DNA of 64,000 nt from a virus, in the IMG/VR virus record IMGVR_UViG_3300035676_000002, positions 48,443-112,442 of that record; one strand, written 5' to 3'. Made by a program: the position numbers and the translations under genes. Below are positions 1-9,625 of this stretch, piece by piece; position 1 is the stretch's first letter; each line of letters begins with the position of its first letter. The notes under the pieces are model-generated. The model was not told the DNA's origin, searched no databases, and was given only the letters and a program-made list of their open reading frames with translations.

Positions 1-3000
1 AAATTGGAATAGAATTACTTCTCAAGGCGCGAATAGATTCCCAATTTAAACTCTGTCGAACGTACTCTGTTGAACCGAATTCTGGGAAAACAAGCACGCC
101 TTGCCCAGCTAACCCGTTTCCAGTATATACACCATGACGCAAGAAATACCCAGCATCACCATCCCATTTTGAGAATCCTACCCAATGATAGATTTTATCT
201 TTCTGATTAACTCTCCATGCTTCTTTATTGCTTGTATTAACCGGAGCTAGACGTAGGAGGTTTCCATAAGCTCCAGTTATCATTCCTGTTCCCCAATATC
301 CTTCCGTTAGCGATTTACCACCAGCAAATTGACTTTCATTTGCCCATACAACGGACGGATAGTTTTCCTCTGATTTAACAATAATATAAGATGGTTCAAA
401 CCCAAGATTGACTTCTTGTAGTTCTCCAGTTCCACGATAACACCCATATCCCATAACCCCCGGCACAACGGTAATCGGAGGATTTGTGCCCTCAACTGTC
501 GCTGTTGGGGTAGAAGTCGGCGTCCCGCTTGTTGGTGTCGGGGTAGGAGTTTCGGTTGGCGGCGTTCCCGTTACAGTCGGTGTATAGGTAACGCAGACAT
601 ACGGAACATCAATATACTCACCCATTGAGGAAATTTCAAACCATGTGGATTTAGGGGGTGCAGTCCAAATCTCTCCAATAGTTGCATCTCCATAGTCGGC
701 TTGGTCAATTGCATTCTTTTGTGTGGACCCCACATATGAAGTTGCGGAAGCATTTTTAGAAATAAACCCATATTCAATATTGAGGGTGTCTCCGTCCTGT
801 ATCGCAAGTGGAGTAATAGGGATTGGCGCAGATGGTCCGAGGTATTTTAGTCCTTCACCGCTTGTTCTCCATTCGTTTGTTGGATCGGTTTCATACCAAT
901 TATCAACAAGAGTCCCACGGACGGCTGTTGTTTCCCCTACTGTTACGTAGGCGTGTACTTTAAAGAAGAAATCCGCATTGGTATTACTCTCTTGTCCACC
1001 CATAGCAAAGTTCAATGTCCCGCTAATTGTCTGCGCTGGGAGCCTAAATGAATGTGCCTTCCTTAATAGGCTAGAATAGTTCATGGCTGGGTTAGCTTCT
1101 GCCATAGACATAGACGACTCAGTGGCAGAGATAGCCCCAAATTGTAAATCTCCATATAGGGCTGTTGCGTTAATCGCATTCCACGAACCTTGCTGCGATG
1201 GGTAACTTGTAACATCCCATAAATTTTCGGTAGTATTATACAGCTTCGTTTGACCATTAGTAAAAATCTTATTTCCGCAATTCATATACAGATTTTTCAT
1301 TTCTGTAAATGATAATTCTTTATTAAAAATCATAATGTCGTCATAGTATCCGTCCCACGCATTTCCAGCGAAACTGGCGGGTCCAAAATTAAGTGGTTGG
1401 TTAACGGGGGTGCCCCTGCATTGCGTTGAGGTTCCCACTTGTGCTGATTCCTCAAATCCATCCACATAAAGTCGATGCTGGCTCACCCCTGATGGATTTG
1501 CCCAAGATGGGGCAGTAGAAACAGCAAAGAAGTGCCAGTTATTATCATCTACGTGCCGTCCACCAATAAGCGTGCTCGATACACTCGCGCAATCGTTTAC
1601 GTTATTTCCTGCGTAGAGCGTAAGCGTGCCGTGACTATTCATTACAAGAGTAAGATAGTTAGCCGCGCCGGTATAGTTACTGAAGATTGTTTCTGGAACC
1701 GTAGCTGTATCATGCTTAAACCATCCAGTAATTGTTACCGGATAACGAGTGACAACCTCTGCTGGAATAGCAAATCCGGCATTGCCCTCTACGTGAATAC
1801 CCATACCGCGAACGGCTGGCATGACATTATAAGTTGGGGCAAAACCTCCTTCTGAATAAACCCCATTTGTGCCGGGATTAATTTGGTTAACCGTTGGATC
1901 ACCTAAGTTATCATCAAGCCTATAGATGCCAACCGCACTCGTATCGGAGGCGTATGTCTCGCACTGGTCATAAAAGACAGGCTCCCATGTAGGTGTTTCT
2001 GTTGCCGTGCCAGTTGGCGTCGGCGTTGGCGTGTTAGAGGGAGTTACGTAGGGGGTGTAGGTAGCACAATTCCCATCTCCCATACACGCCTGATTGACGA
2101 ATTGCCCACCACCCTCACAAGAGCCATATCCACAATACCCAATAAATTGACAACACCATCCGGTCGGTATGGGGCTTGGCGTTGGGGTAGGGGTAGCCGT
2201 AATGGGGGCAGGAGCCGTATCGGCAAATTCAATACCATATGAAATATTTGTTCCCCCTGCATCATCTGCATCCGTAATAGCTACAGTAAAATAATCGCCC
2301 TGTTGTAACGTAATTTGATTAACTAAATCAGTGCAAGATGTACTTCCCGCCGTAATAGTGCAAGACGGTCTAGTTCCACTACAGCTTGTCGGTGATGAAT
2401 TCGCGCTACAAAATGTTACTGTTACTGGATTTGAAATGGAGCTAGCAAGCTTAACATAAAGATTACGAACTAGAGCAGCTTGATCGACACGATACTCAGT
2501 AATAAGTTTATTTGCGGTAGGCGCAATATGTTCATTCACATATCGGATTTGCCCCCATTGCCCTAATGGGAATCTGCTAGCAAGGACGTGACCAGTTCCA
2601 CTGAGGGTGATATTAAATATATTAAACTGTGTAAAAGGAGCATTAGCACTGCTTAAGTTTTGACCCCTCATTATTAATTCATCTCCAGCATCAAATGAAC
2701 AATTGCTAGACGTACATGAATTTGCCTTATACTGAGCAAGTCCACCAGTAGCAAAATCATTTGCTCCAAATTCAGTAGAATGTCCACCAGTGTTTGCGAT
2801 ACGCATATCTGTTGGGCTAAAAGTTCCATCTTCCATATGCCCAACGCGATATTCCATAGGATAGGTATGTTGCATAACCCGAAGCTGGTGAGCACGGGTA
2901 ATACGCGCACTATGCGGTAAGATAAGTCCCGGTCCACCACTATAAGCAGCTAGGTCTAGATCGTATGGACTTTTAACGGAATACTTAACCGAATAAGCTA

Positions 3001-6000
3001 ATTCTTTTAGACTCGCAGTTCCCCACCATAGGATATCATCCATTGCACTATCATCTTGTTTCGTAACCGTAAACATTGCATTGCAGCGCCATGTTGCTGT
3101 TGAATCCCAATTCCCACTACCGGATTTTGCTACCTTGATAATAGCAGTCTCTTCCCCATTATAATCAGCGGTATGTACGGTATCTGAGCACGTCGTTGCA
3201 CTTGTTCCGCTCATCGTACACGTAAGAGATGTATCAACCCAACCATCTGCAACTGTGTGTTTTTGTAAAGTAAACACAGCATCATTCGCAAGGACAATAG
3301 GGGCGCTACAGGTAATAAACATATTTTTAAGCCTAATTGGTTCTGGAGCTTGAAACATGGTTTGGTCAAAAAGGCTCGTAACGGTTGTTTTCCCATTACC
3401 CATATACCATGTCGTAGTATTCGCAGCGACATTTGATCCAGAAAAGCTCAAACTCGCCCTTTCGGGCCATTCTGGGGTTGCTACAACTTTAGGCCAAGGA
3501 CCGCTTCCTGCCGGTATAACCTCCCACCCGCCTCCTTTTATTGTTCCACCGATATCTCGATTATCTCCAAAAATATCAAAAGACTCCCCACTCTCAAGGC
3601 AACCACCTTGATCTACCGCCGAACAGTAGTTTTCCCCCTGCGTACCATTAATTGCACACGTACTAACTCTATCATTATAATATTCTGGAACTGCTTCAGT
3701 ATTTGTGTTTGCCCGATTAAATCCAACAACAGAATTTCCAACATTCGATCCAGTAATAAAAAAGAATCCATTATGTATACATAGGGCATGAGGCGCTATG
3801 TACCCGACATAGTTCGTAAAATCAAATATTGAATTAAAGCCTAGATTATCACGGTCGCTCGTAGCGCCGCCAGCAACTCCGGCTAGTTGCTCCCATTGCA
3901 AACCCCATCCACCACCAACATCTGTCGGCCCATATTCAAGAAAAAGCCGAACGTACCAATTCCCGTTATATGATCCACGATAAGATCGAACAGTAACCTT
4001 ATCACCTCTATCAAAAGTACAATTTTGCGTACACGTATTATCATATCCAGTTGGACTAGCATTATTGATCGTAATAGTAAGATCGGATGCTTTGTCTTGA
4101 GTAATATTATAAATTTGCATCGTGAGGGAATCGTTCGCGTTACCGGCCATTGGTGTAGGCGTAGTTGATCCACCATAAGAAGCAGCAGAAATACCAGTCC
4201 ATCTACCTGAGAGTGGCATTATCCAATAGTATTTATTTTTATCTGTTCCACCAAATTGATAATCTCGCGCAAGCGTTCCATAGCTATAATTACCTGCACT
4301 CGTCCCATCTACGGAATCAAAACTTCCGCCACCAGCATTGAACAAATGGTAGTGTGCCCCGCTGCCACCATTTTGAACTTGCTCAAATGTTGCCGTATAT
4401 TGAAAAGAATTTGACGCTGCTGTAATTTTAATAGAAAATAAATCCCCAGCAGCAAAATCAACCGAATTGGACGAGTCCGAACATTTAGTTAGGCCAGCCG
4501 ATATGCTGCACGTTACCGCTGTATCGGCTTGATTTTTTCTTAAGGTAAATGTTGCTCCATTAGCAATAGCAGAGGGGGATAGAATCCTCATATTCTGCAA
4601 TCGTTTTGCATTAGGCATTACGCCACTATGCATTAATTCATTATTATTACATGGATTATTGCCGTCATTATTAATACAATAATTGGGATTTCCAGCCGTT
4701 GTATTAAAATAGCCAGTAATCATCAAAAGTGGAATATCTGCTGGCGTAAATACTGGTTTTAGCGTTGGGGTAATTGTAGGCGTAGAGGTTTGTGCCGGTG
4801 TTGACGTAACGGTACTTGTTGGAGCAACCCCAGAAAAGCAAGCTGGGGTGCTATTTCTATACGGATGTGCGGTTGGGAGTACGGTAGCGATACCCCACTT
4901 GTGGGCAAGATATCCCTGCACTGTCTCTCTGTTTGCTTGGGAGAGGCTTGATCCGTAAACGATAATTTCTGCAACTTTAGCTTTCGCATCGGGAGTTCCA
5001 GCAGATGCACCAAGCTGGATATCTGTATATCCGGTTCGTGTTGTGCCGGGATTGACTGTGCTGACATTTGCTCCATTGAATGATAGCTTGCTTGATGACC
5101 CATTCCATTCGATAAAATTCTGGAACCACCCAGAAACAGCAGTTGTTCCAATAACAGAGCCATTATAAACAAAACATGATCCAGAGGATGCATTATCGCA
5201 CTTAATTAGGGCATATCCATCACTACGACCTAGAAGGCTATTGTAGTTCTGCACCGTATCGAGTTTTGCAACAATAAAAACGTCTGCCGGGAAAGCAATA
5301 TTTGAAAAAACATCACTTTGCAATATGTCACTTCCGTCGAAAGTAATTGCCCCAAGTCCGTTTTGGACATTGCCATTCCATATTGGCTTGCTAGTATTAC
5401 TTCCGGCGCTATTGAGGGCGTCATAATGAAGCGTTCCATAATCATGCCAATTGCTAATATATTGTCCCTCGCTAAATGGAACCGCATCAGCTTGATACCA
5501 TAATTTCGGTGCAGCAACGTTGTACGCACATCCTGTTGGAGTTGACGTTGCTGTGCCGGTTGATGTTGCCGTACTTGTTGGAGTTGCCGTTCTTGTCGGT
5601 GTTCGCGTTAGGGTCGCAGTTGGAGTATTGGTAGACGCTGGAGTTGGTGTTTGAGTCGATGAATTAAAACAAGACCAAACCTCAAATTGCATAAAATCTA
5701 CATAATTTGTTCCAGCATTCCAATATGGAGTAGTTTGTATTCCTGTTCCGAATAGTCCGTCATTGACAATCCAGTGATCGGGCGTTGTTCCCCATAGATC
5801 AGTAGCCCCACCGAAGCACGTTTCTGTTCGTGAAGCTGGCATGGCGACAGTTTGATAGGCCGGTCCCTTATCATTCCCATATACTGTATTGCCGGTTCCA
5901 ATGCCATTGTTTTGAAATAGATTAACAGAATCCTGCCATCCAGTTCCACCAGTTCCGGTTCCGTACCATGTTACGCATAGCTTAAATCCCTTAATCGTTG

Positions 6001-7114
6001 CCCCAAATGATACTAATGGGCCATATCGGCAAACTAAGTAGTCGCTTACGGAGTTACTTCCACCCGTCACACTAGCGTAGGTAGAATTATCGCTATGACC
6101 TTCGGCGGGATTTGTCCAGTTCAAGTCTGGTCCAGTATGATTTTCACATATCCACGGAGTTGCCGTAACATGAATTAGTTCCTCACCGGGATTATCGCAT
6201 CCCGGCACAATTGTTGGCGTTGGCGTCGGCGTAGAGGTTGGCGTGCTGGTAAAAGTAGACGTTGAAGTAGGAGTAAACGTATTTGTTTCTGTAGGCGTCG
6301 GCGTATTAGTAGGAGCTTCCGGTGCTGCATAACATACAACAAGTCTATTCCCGCATCCGACTCCTCCATTTGGTTCACTAGGAATTGTGCATTGTGCTAG
6401 CTTTGTTCGATGTTGGATAAAGTAAAGATTCGCTGGGTTATGAGCGGATAGTCCAAGGCGTAATTCAGTGCGACCGCTTGTGTTAATGCCAGCGAGATTA
6501 TTAAATGGAATAATAACGTGAGTTCCCTCTGATGTATCGCCATAGGCATTATAGTTTTCGTATGATTGAAGAAGATACGAATTTAGATTATAACTAAAAG
6601 CAGTTCCGGCAACCTGATTGTTTGCTGGAGCATCTGCGCTTGTGCAGGTCGATCCCCAAGTGTAATAGTCTGCTGTGTAAGCCGCATCGGCATCGAAATT
6701 AGGTGGTCCACATGGAGTTGACGTGCTCCACCGATATCCGCACTCATTCCCACTCCACATAGAATCATACCACCGATAAACACCAGAATCTTGCAACCAT
6801 AATGAGGCTGAAATAATTGATTGCCCCGGTGGAATATTACCAGATAATGCAGATGTATCGAATGACAATAAGTACCCACGATACATTCCGCTATCTGTTA
6901 AATCTTCATTCCATTCAATTTCCATAAAACCGGGATTATGGAATCCACACGTTACCGATGATGGATTTCCAATTGTTCCATAGTTCATCTGTGCTTGGTC
7001 AGCATCCGTTTCTCCCAAATAGAAAGTATCGCACGCTCCGTAAGCGGGACGAACAGCAGTAACCGCACTAATAATAAAGAATAAACCAGTAATAATATTT
7101 CGTAATTTAGGCAT
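1..7114 (-). CDS. Giant secreted modular protein, >2370 aa, 3'-truncated by the window edge: signal peptide, DNRLRE-like module, LamG/ConA-like domains, Cys-rich modules, Thr/Pro linkers
   Basis: Not in the ORF track. ATG at 7114 overlaps the TAA of the upstream gene (TAATG). Hand translation gives [27 protein letters not shown]... The same frame reads TPT linkers at about 2020 and 530 (spot checks, not every codon). LamG-like motifs: WHFFAVS...RLYVDG...WDGYYDDIMIFNKELS (~1300-1560) and LWYQAD...KVAEIIVY...VQGYLAHKWG (~4900-5500). Confidence 0.85.
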   Translation of the reverse strand, partial: MPKLRNIITGLFFIISAVTAVRPAYGACDTFYLGETDADQAQMNYGTIGNPSSVTCGFHNPGFMEIEWNEDLTDSGMYRGYLLSFDTSALSGNIPPGQSIISASLWLQDSGVYRWYDSMWSGNECGYRWSTSTPCGPPNFDADAAYTADYYTWGSTCTSADAPANNQVAGTAFSYNLNSYLLQSYENYNAYGDTSEGTHVIIPFNNLAGINTSGRTELRLGLSAHNPANLYFIQHRTKLAQCTIPSEPNGGVGCGNRLVVCYAAPEAPTNTPTPTETNTFTPTSTSTFTSTPTSTPTPTPTIVPGCDNPGEELIHVTATPWICENHTGPDLNWTNPAEGHSDNSTYASVTGGSNSVSDYLVCRYGPLVSFGATIKGFKLCVTWYGTGTGGTGWQDSVNLFQNNGIGTGNTVYGNDKGPAYQTVAMPASRTETCFGGATDLWGTTPDHWIVNDGLFGTGIQTTPYWNAGTNYVDFMQFEVWSCFNSSTQTPTPASTNTPTATLTRTPTRTATPTSTATSTGTATSTPTGCAYNVAAPKLWYQADAVPFSEGQYISNWHDYGTLHYDALNSAGSNTSKPIWNGNVQNGLGAITFDGSDILQSDVFSNIAFPADVFIVAKLDTVQNYNSLLGRSDGYALIKCDNASSGSCFVYNGSVIGTTAVSGWFQNFIEWNGSSSKLSFNGANVSTVNPGTTRTGYTDIQLGASAGTPDAKAKVAEIIVYGSSLSQANRETVQGYLAHKWGIATVLPTAHPYRNSTPACFSGVAPTSTVTSTPAQTSTPTITPTLKPVFTPADIPLLMITGYFNTTAGNPNYCINNDGNNPCNNNELMHSGVMPNAKRLQNMRILSPSAIANGATFTLRKNQADTAVTCSISAGLTKCSDSSNSVDFAAGDLFSIKITAASNSFQYTATFEQVQNGGSGAHYHLFNAGGGSFDSVDGTSAGNYSYGTLARDYQFGGTDKNKYYWIMPLSGRWTGISAASYGGSTTPTPMAGNANDSLTMQIYNITQDKASDLTITINNASPTGYDNTCTQNCTFDRGDKVTVRSYRGSYNGNWYVRLFLEYGPTDVGGGWGLQWEQLAGVAGGATSDRDNLGFNSIFDFTNYVGYIAPHALCIHNGFFFITGSNVGNSVVGFNRANTNTEAVPEYYNDRVSTCAINGTQGENYCSAVDQGGCLESGESFDIFGDNRDIGGTIKGGGWEVIPAGSGPWPKVVATPEWPERASLSFSGSNVAANTTTWYMGNGKTTVTSLFDQTMFQAPEPIRLKNMFITCSAPIVLANDAVFTLQKHTVADGWVDTSLTCTMSGTSATTCSDTVHTADYNGEETAIIKVAKSGSGNWDSTATWRCNAMFTVTKQDDSAMDDILWWGTASLKELAYSVKYSVKSPYDLDLAAYSGGPGLILPHSARITRAHQLRVMQHTYPMEYRVGHMEDGTFSPTDMRIANTGGHSTEFGANDFATGGLAQYKANSCTSSNCSFDAGDELIMRGQNLSSANAPFTQFNIFNITLSGTGHVLASRFPLGQWGQIRYVNEHIAPTANKLITEYRVDQAALVRNLYVKLASSISNPVTVTFCSANSSPTSCSGTRPSCTITAGSTSCTDLVNQITLQQGDYFTVAITDADDAGGTNISYGIEFADTAPAPITATPTPTPSPIPTGWCCQFIGYCGYGSCEGGGQFVNQACMGDGNCATYTPYVTPSNTPTPTPTGTATETPTWEPVFYDQCETYASDTSAVGIYRLDDNLGDPTVNQINPGTNGVYSEGGFAPTYNVMPAVRGMGIHVEGNAGFAIPAEVVTRYPVTITGWFKHDTATVPETIFSNYTGAANYLTLVMNSHGTLTLYAGNNVNDCASVSSTLIGGRHVDDNNWHFFAVSTAPSWANPSGVSQHRLYVDGFEESAQVGTSTQCRGTPVNQPLNFGPASFAGNAWDGYYDDIMIFNKELSFTEMKNLYMNCGNKIFTNGQTKLYNTTENLWDVTSYPSQQGSWNAINATALYGDLQFGAISATESSMSMAEANPAMNYSSLLRKAHSFRLPAQTISGTLNFAMGGQESNTNADFFFKVHAYVTVGETTAVRGTLVDNWYETDPTNEWRTSGEGLKYLGPSAPIPITPLAIQDGDTLNIEYGFISKNASATSYVGSTQKNAIDQADYGDATIGEIWTAPPKSTWFEISSMGEYIDVPYVCVTYTPTVTGTPPTETPTPTPTSGTPTSTPTATVEGTNPPITVVPGVMGYGCYRGTGELQEVNLGFEPSYIIVKSEENYPSVVWANESQFAGGKSLTEGYWGTGMITGAYGNLLRLAPVNTSNKEAWRVNQKDKIYHWVGFSKWDGDAGYFLRHGVYTGNGLAGQGVLVFPEFGSTEYVRQSLNWESIRALRSNSIPI

Positions 7115-7671
7115 TAGTTCAGCCTCGGCACACAAGCAGCATTAGGCATAAAAGCGCATGGAGTAGGGCACGAATCAGGACCATTCGGAGGAACGCAACT
7201 TGCCCCATCTGGGCACGTACAACAGCCGGGGATTGGCGAAGGAGTAGGCGTAGGAGAAAGGTATGGGGTAAAAGTCCGTGTTGGCGTATACGTGAACTGT
7301 GGCGTTAACGTTGGTGTCGGCGTGCTCGTATAGAGCGGAGTAAAGGTTGCGGTAAAAGTAACGGTTGGCGTATGGGTATTTGTCGGCGTTAACGTTGGTG
7401 TCGCTGTTGGCGTGCTTGTAGAAGTGTAGGTCAATACCGGAGTTAACGTAACTGTTGGCGTATTTGTAAACGTCGGAGTTGGAGTAAATGACGGTGTTGG
7501 CGTTAGGGTGATCGTTGGCGTATTGCTTGGGGTAACTCCAGCCGCATCCCACAATTCTCCCGGTTGATCCCATACTTGCCCACCCACGTCCCATTGAACA
7601 TAAAGAGCATAGGCTACGCTAGAAAGAACAATAAGGATTCCTAAAACATAGATCCATCTTCTAGCGAACAT
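7114..7671 (-). CDS. Small secreted Thr/Pro-rich (mucin-like) protein with C-terminal Cys-rich module
   Basis: Signal peptide ending VAYA; about 100 aa of TPT repeats; C-terminus [11 protein letters not shown]...CP..C...AAC. Confidence 0.85.
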   Translation of the reverse strand: MFARRWIYVLGILIVLSSVAYALYVQWDVGGQVWDQPGELWDAAGVTPSNTPTITLTPTPSFTPTPTFTNTPTVTLTPVLTYTSTSTPTATPTLTPTNTHTPTVTFTATFTPLYTSTPTPTLTPQFTYTPTRTFTPYLSPTPTPSPIPGCCTCPDGASCVPPNGPDSCPTPCAFMPNAACVPRLN

Positions 7672-7680
7672 TAATTATCC

Positions 7681-9564
7681 TTATGATGTAGGTCCGGTAG
7701 CGTATAGTCTATGCAGGGCTACTCTAAAAGTGCCACTGCTACAATTCCCCCCGTTAGCGGTAATTTTTACGCTTGTTGCAGCAGCATAGAATGTTTCCGA
7801 CATAGCGGTGATATTCCAATTTGCCGATGAAGTCGTTGTTCCCGTAGCTACGGCGCTTCCCCATAGCGTTGCATTAGCTACAGTACCTACGCTGTATGAT
7901 GTAGGACCAGAAATGCTGGTAGGCTTTACGGTTACTCCCAAAACCCATGATCCGGCAGGAATCATATTAGAAATAGTATACGTCGCAGAACCATCGCACG
8001 TAACAACCTGAGATTCTACAGCATTAACCGTAGCTGCCCCGGTTTGGTTTGCATCAGAAGTAGCGCTTTGACCAAAACCTAGATACGCAAAACTATTTAA
8101 ATCACTAGCCTTATCAGTATCTACAGCGGAAAGAAGCGCATACTCATGTCCGGTCCATGATCCGGTCGTAACAAATTCCCCAGCAATCTTAATTGTCTCC
8201 GCATCAGTTCCGCTCGCGCTATTCGTAGCAAGCAGTGAGGGAGCAGCGCCGGAAAATGGGTTATTCCCCCAAGAGCGAACATCGCAAATACCTACTTGTG
8301 CATTTGCATTTCCGGCGCATCCACTATGTAAGCTTGAAGAACCAGCAACAGAAAAAGCGGGTGAATCACCGAACATAATCCTAGGTTCGTGATAAGATAC
8401 CCCTACGGAACCCTTTACCCAAATTGGCTTTACTTGAGCATCTTGCGTGATCCCATCTTGACCAGCAAAGGCATAGCCTACTACCTTATCGCCACTAAGA
8501 GTTTTAATTGGATTCAAAATAGCATTATCATCACCACCAAAGTAATTTCCCCAAAAGAGGGCACTACCGCTTGATCGAGAAGCCGGATTGTTCGCTACCC
8601 CTGTCATGGTAGCGTAGTTCAAAAAGACCCCCGGCTGGCTATTTGTACCGCTTGAAAAAGCTCGGCTAGTTCCAGAAAAAGAAATTTCTGACTTATTTGC
8701 AGCAATTAATGTCGTTGACCCATCAAGACCTTGAATGTGTGTTCCAAGTTCTACGTGATTATCAATCCCACGAACGCTTGATTTAGAGGCAGTCTTATTT
8801 GCACCAGTTCCCATAACACGAAAATAATTACGAATTCCGGTAACATTTGCATATACTCCACTACCCCCGGTATTAGTCATATCAAAATAAAAATCCTGCA
8901 ATCCCAATACTGACCATGTTGTTGCATAGCTATTAGGGCTAATTGTCCCTCCCAAGGTCATTGTGTCCGTGCCGGGATAACATCCGTTTGTTGGAGAAGG
9001 ATTCGTGCCAAGGCAGAATGTTTCTCCCGGTTCCTGCCTTCGCATATTGCCATTCCAGAATTCAAAGTTCTTAGAACCGCCAATCTTTAGATCACGATTT
9101 GCGCCACCAGCCGCACTAGAAATAGAGACAGCGGGGCTATTATAAGCATAAAAAGTCGCCTGACCATCCTTATTTAGACCCATCCCATATCCGAAATTAT
9201 TCTGAAAATCGGCAATATCGACTGTTCCAGTATGATAAATACGCATACCGGGGGATGACCCACTCGTAGCGCAATTGTATGATCCGTAGGTTGGATCAAT
9301 GGTGCATTTCCCGTCACGTAATGTTCCGTTTCCATCGCTAAAAGTCGGAACACTGTTGATAGTTGAGGTTAGGGGGATTAGTCCACGGAGTAAGCTTAAC
9401 TCAGATTTCGCCATAGAAAAATTAGATCGAACCGGAGCACTAGATAACGATTGACTTGTTCCCGGTACGTTGGCATCCACCTGACTCGTTGCTCCAGTAA
9501 AGGCATAAGCAGCAAGTGGACTAAGTAGAAATGCTAGCAAAATCAAGAACTTTTTCTTGGTCAT
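7681..9564 (-). CDS. Secreted tail-fibre/adhesin-like beta-rich protein
   Basis: Track ORF 7681..9585; better start MTKKK at 9564 behind GGAG; signal peptide ending AAYA; Gly/Ser/Thr-rich. Confidence 0.75.
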   Translation of the reverse strand: MTKKKFLILLAFLLSPLAAYAFTGATSQVDANVPGTSQSLSSAPVRSNFSMAKSELSLLRGLIPLTSTINSVPTFSDGNGTLRDGKCTIDPTYGSYNCATSGSSPGMRIYHTGTVDIADFQNNFGYGMGLNKDGQATFYAYNSPAVSISSAAGGANRDLKIGGSKNFEFWNGNMRRQEPGETFCLGTNPSPTNGCYPGTDTMTLGGTISPNSYATTWSVLGLQDFYFDMTNTGGSGVYANVTGIRNYFRVMGTGANKTASKSSVRGIDNHVELGTHIQGLDGSTTLIAANKSEISFSGTSRAFSSGTNSQPGVFLNYATMTGVANNPASRSSGSALFWGNYFGGDDNAILNPIKTLSGDKVVGYAFAGQDGITQDAQVKPIWVKGSVGVSYHEPRIMFGDSPAFSVAGSSSLHSGCAGNANAQVGICDVRSWGNNPFSGAAPSLLATNSASGTDAETIKIAGEFVTTGSWTGHEYALLSAVDTDKASDLNSFAYLGFGQSATSDANQTGAATVNAVESQVVTCDGSATYTISNMIPAGSWVLGVTVKPTSISGPTSYSVGTVANATLWGSAVATGTTTSSANWNITAMSETFYAAATSVKITANGGNCSSGTFRVALHRLYATGPTS

Positions 9565-9586
9565 ATGGCTACTCCATTCGCGCAAT

Positions 9587-9615
9587 CTTACAAAGATTTT
9601 AATATGCGGTCAATA
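9587..9615 (-). promoter_or_regulatory. Sigma70-like promoter TTGACC-N17-TAAGAT
   Basis: Minus strand reads ttattgaccgcatattaaaatctttgtaagat upstream of the 9564 start. Confidence 0.5.
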
Positions 9616-9625
9616 ACTTTTGGGA

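Noticed and set aside
307-6879. Many short track ORFs in the first 7 kb
   Set aside because: They are alternative frames overlapping the single long minus-strand ORF starting at 7114.
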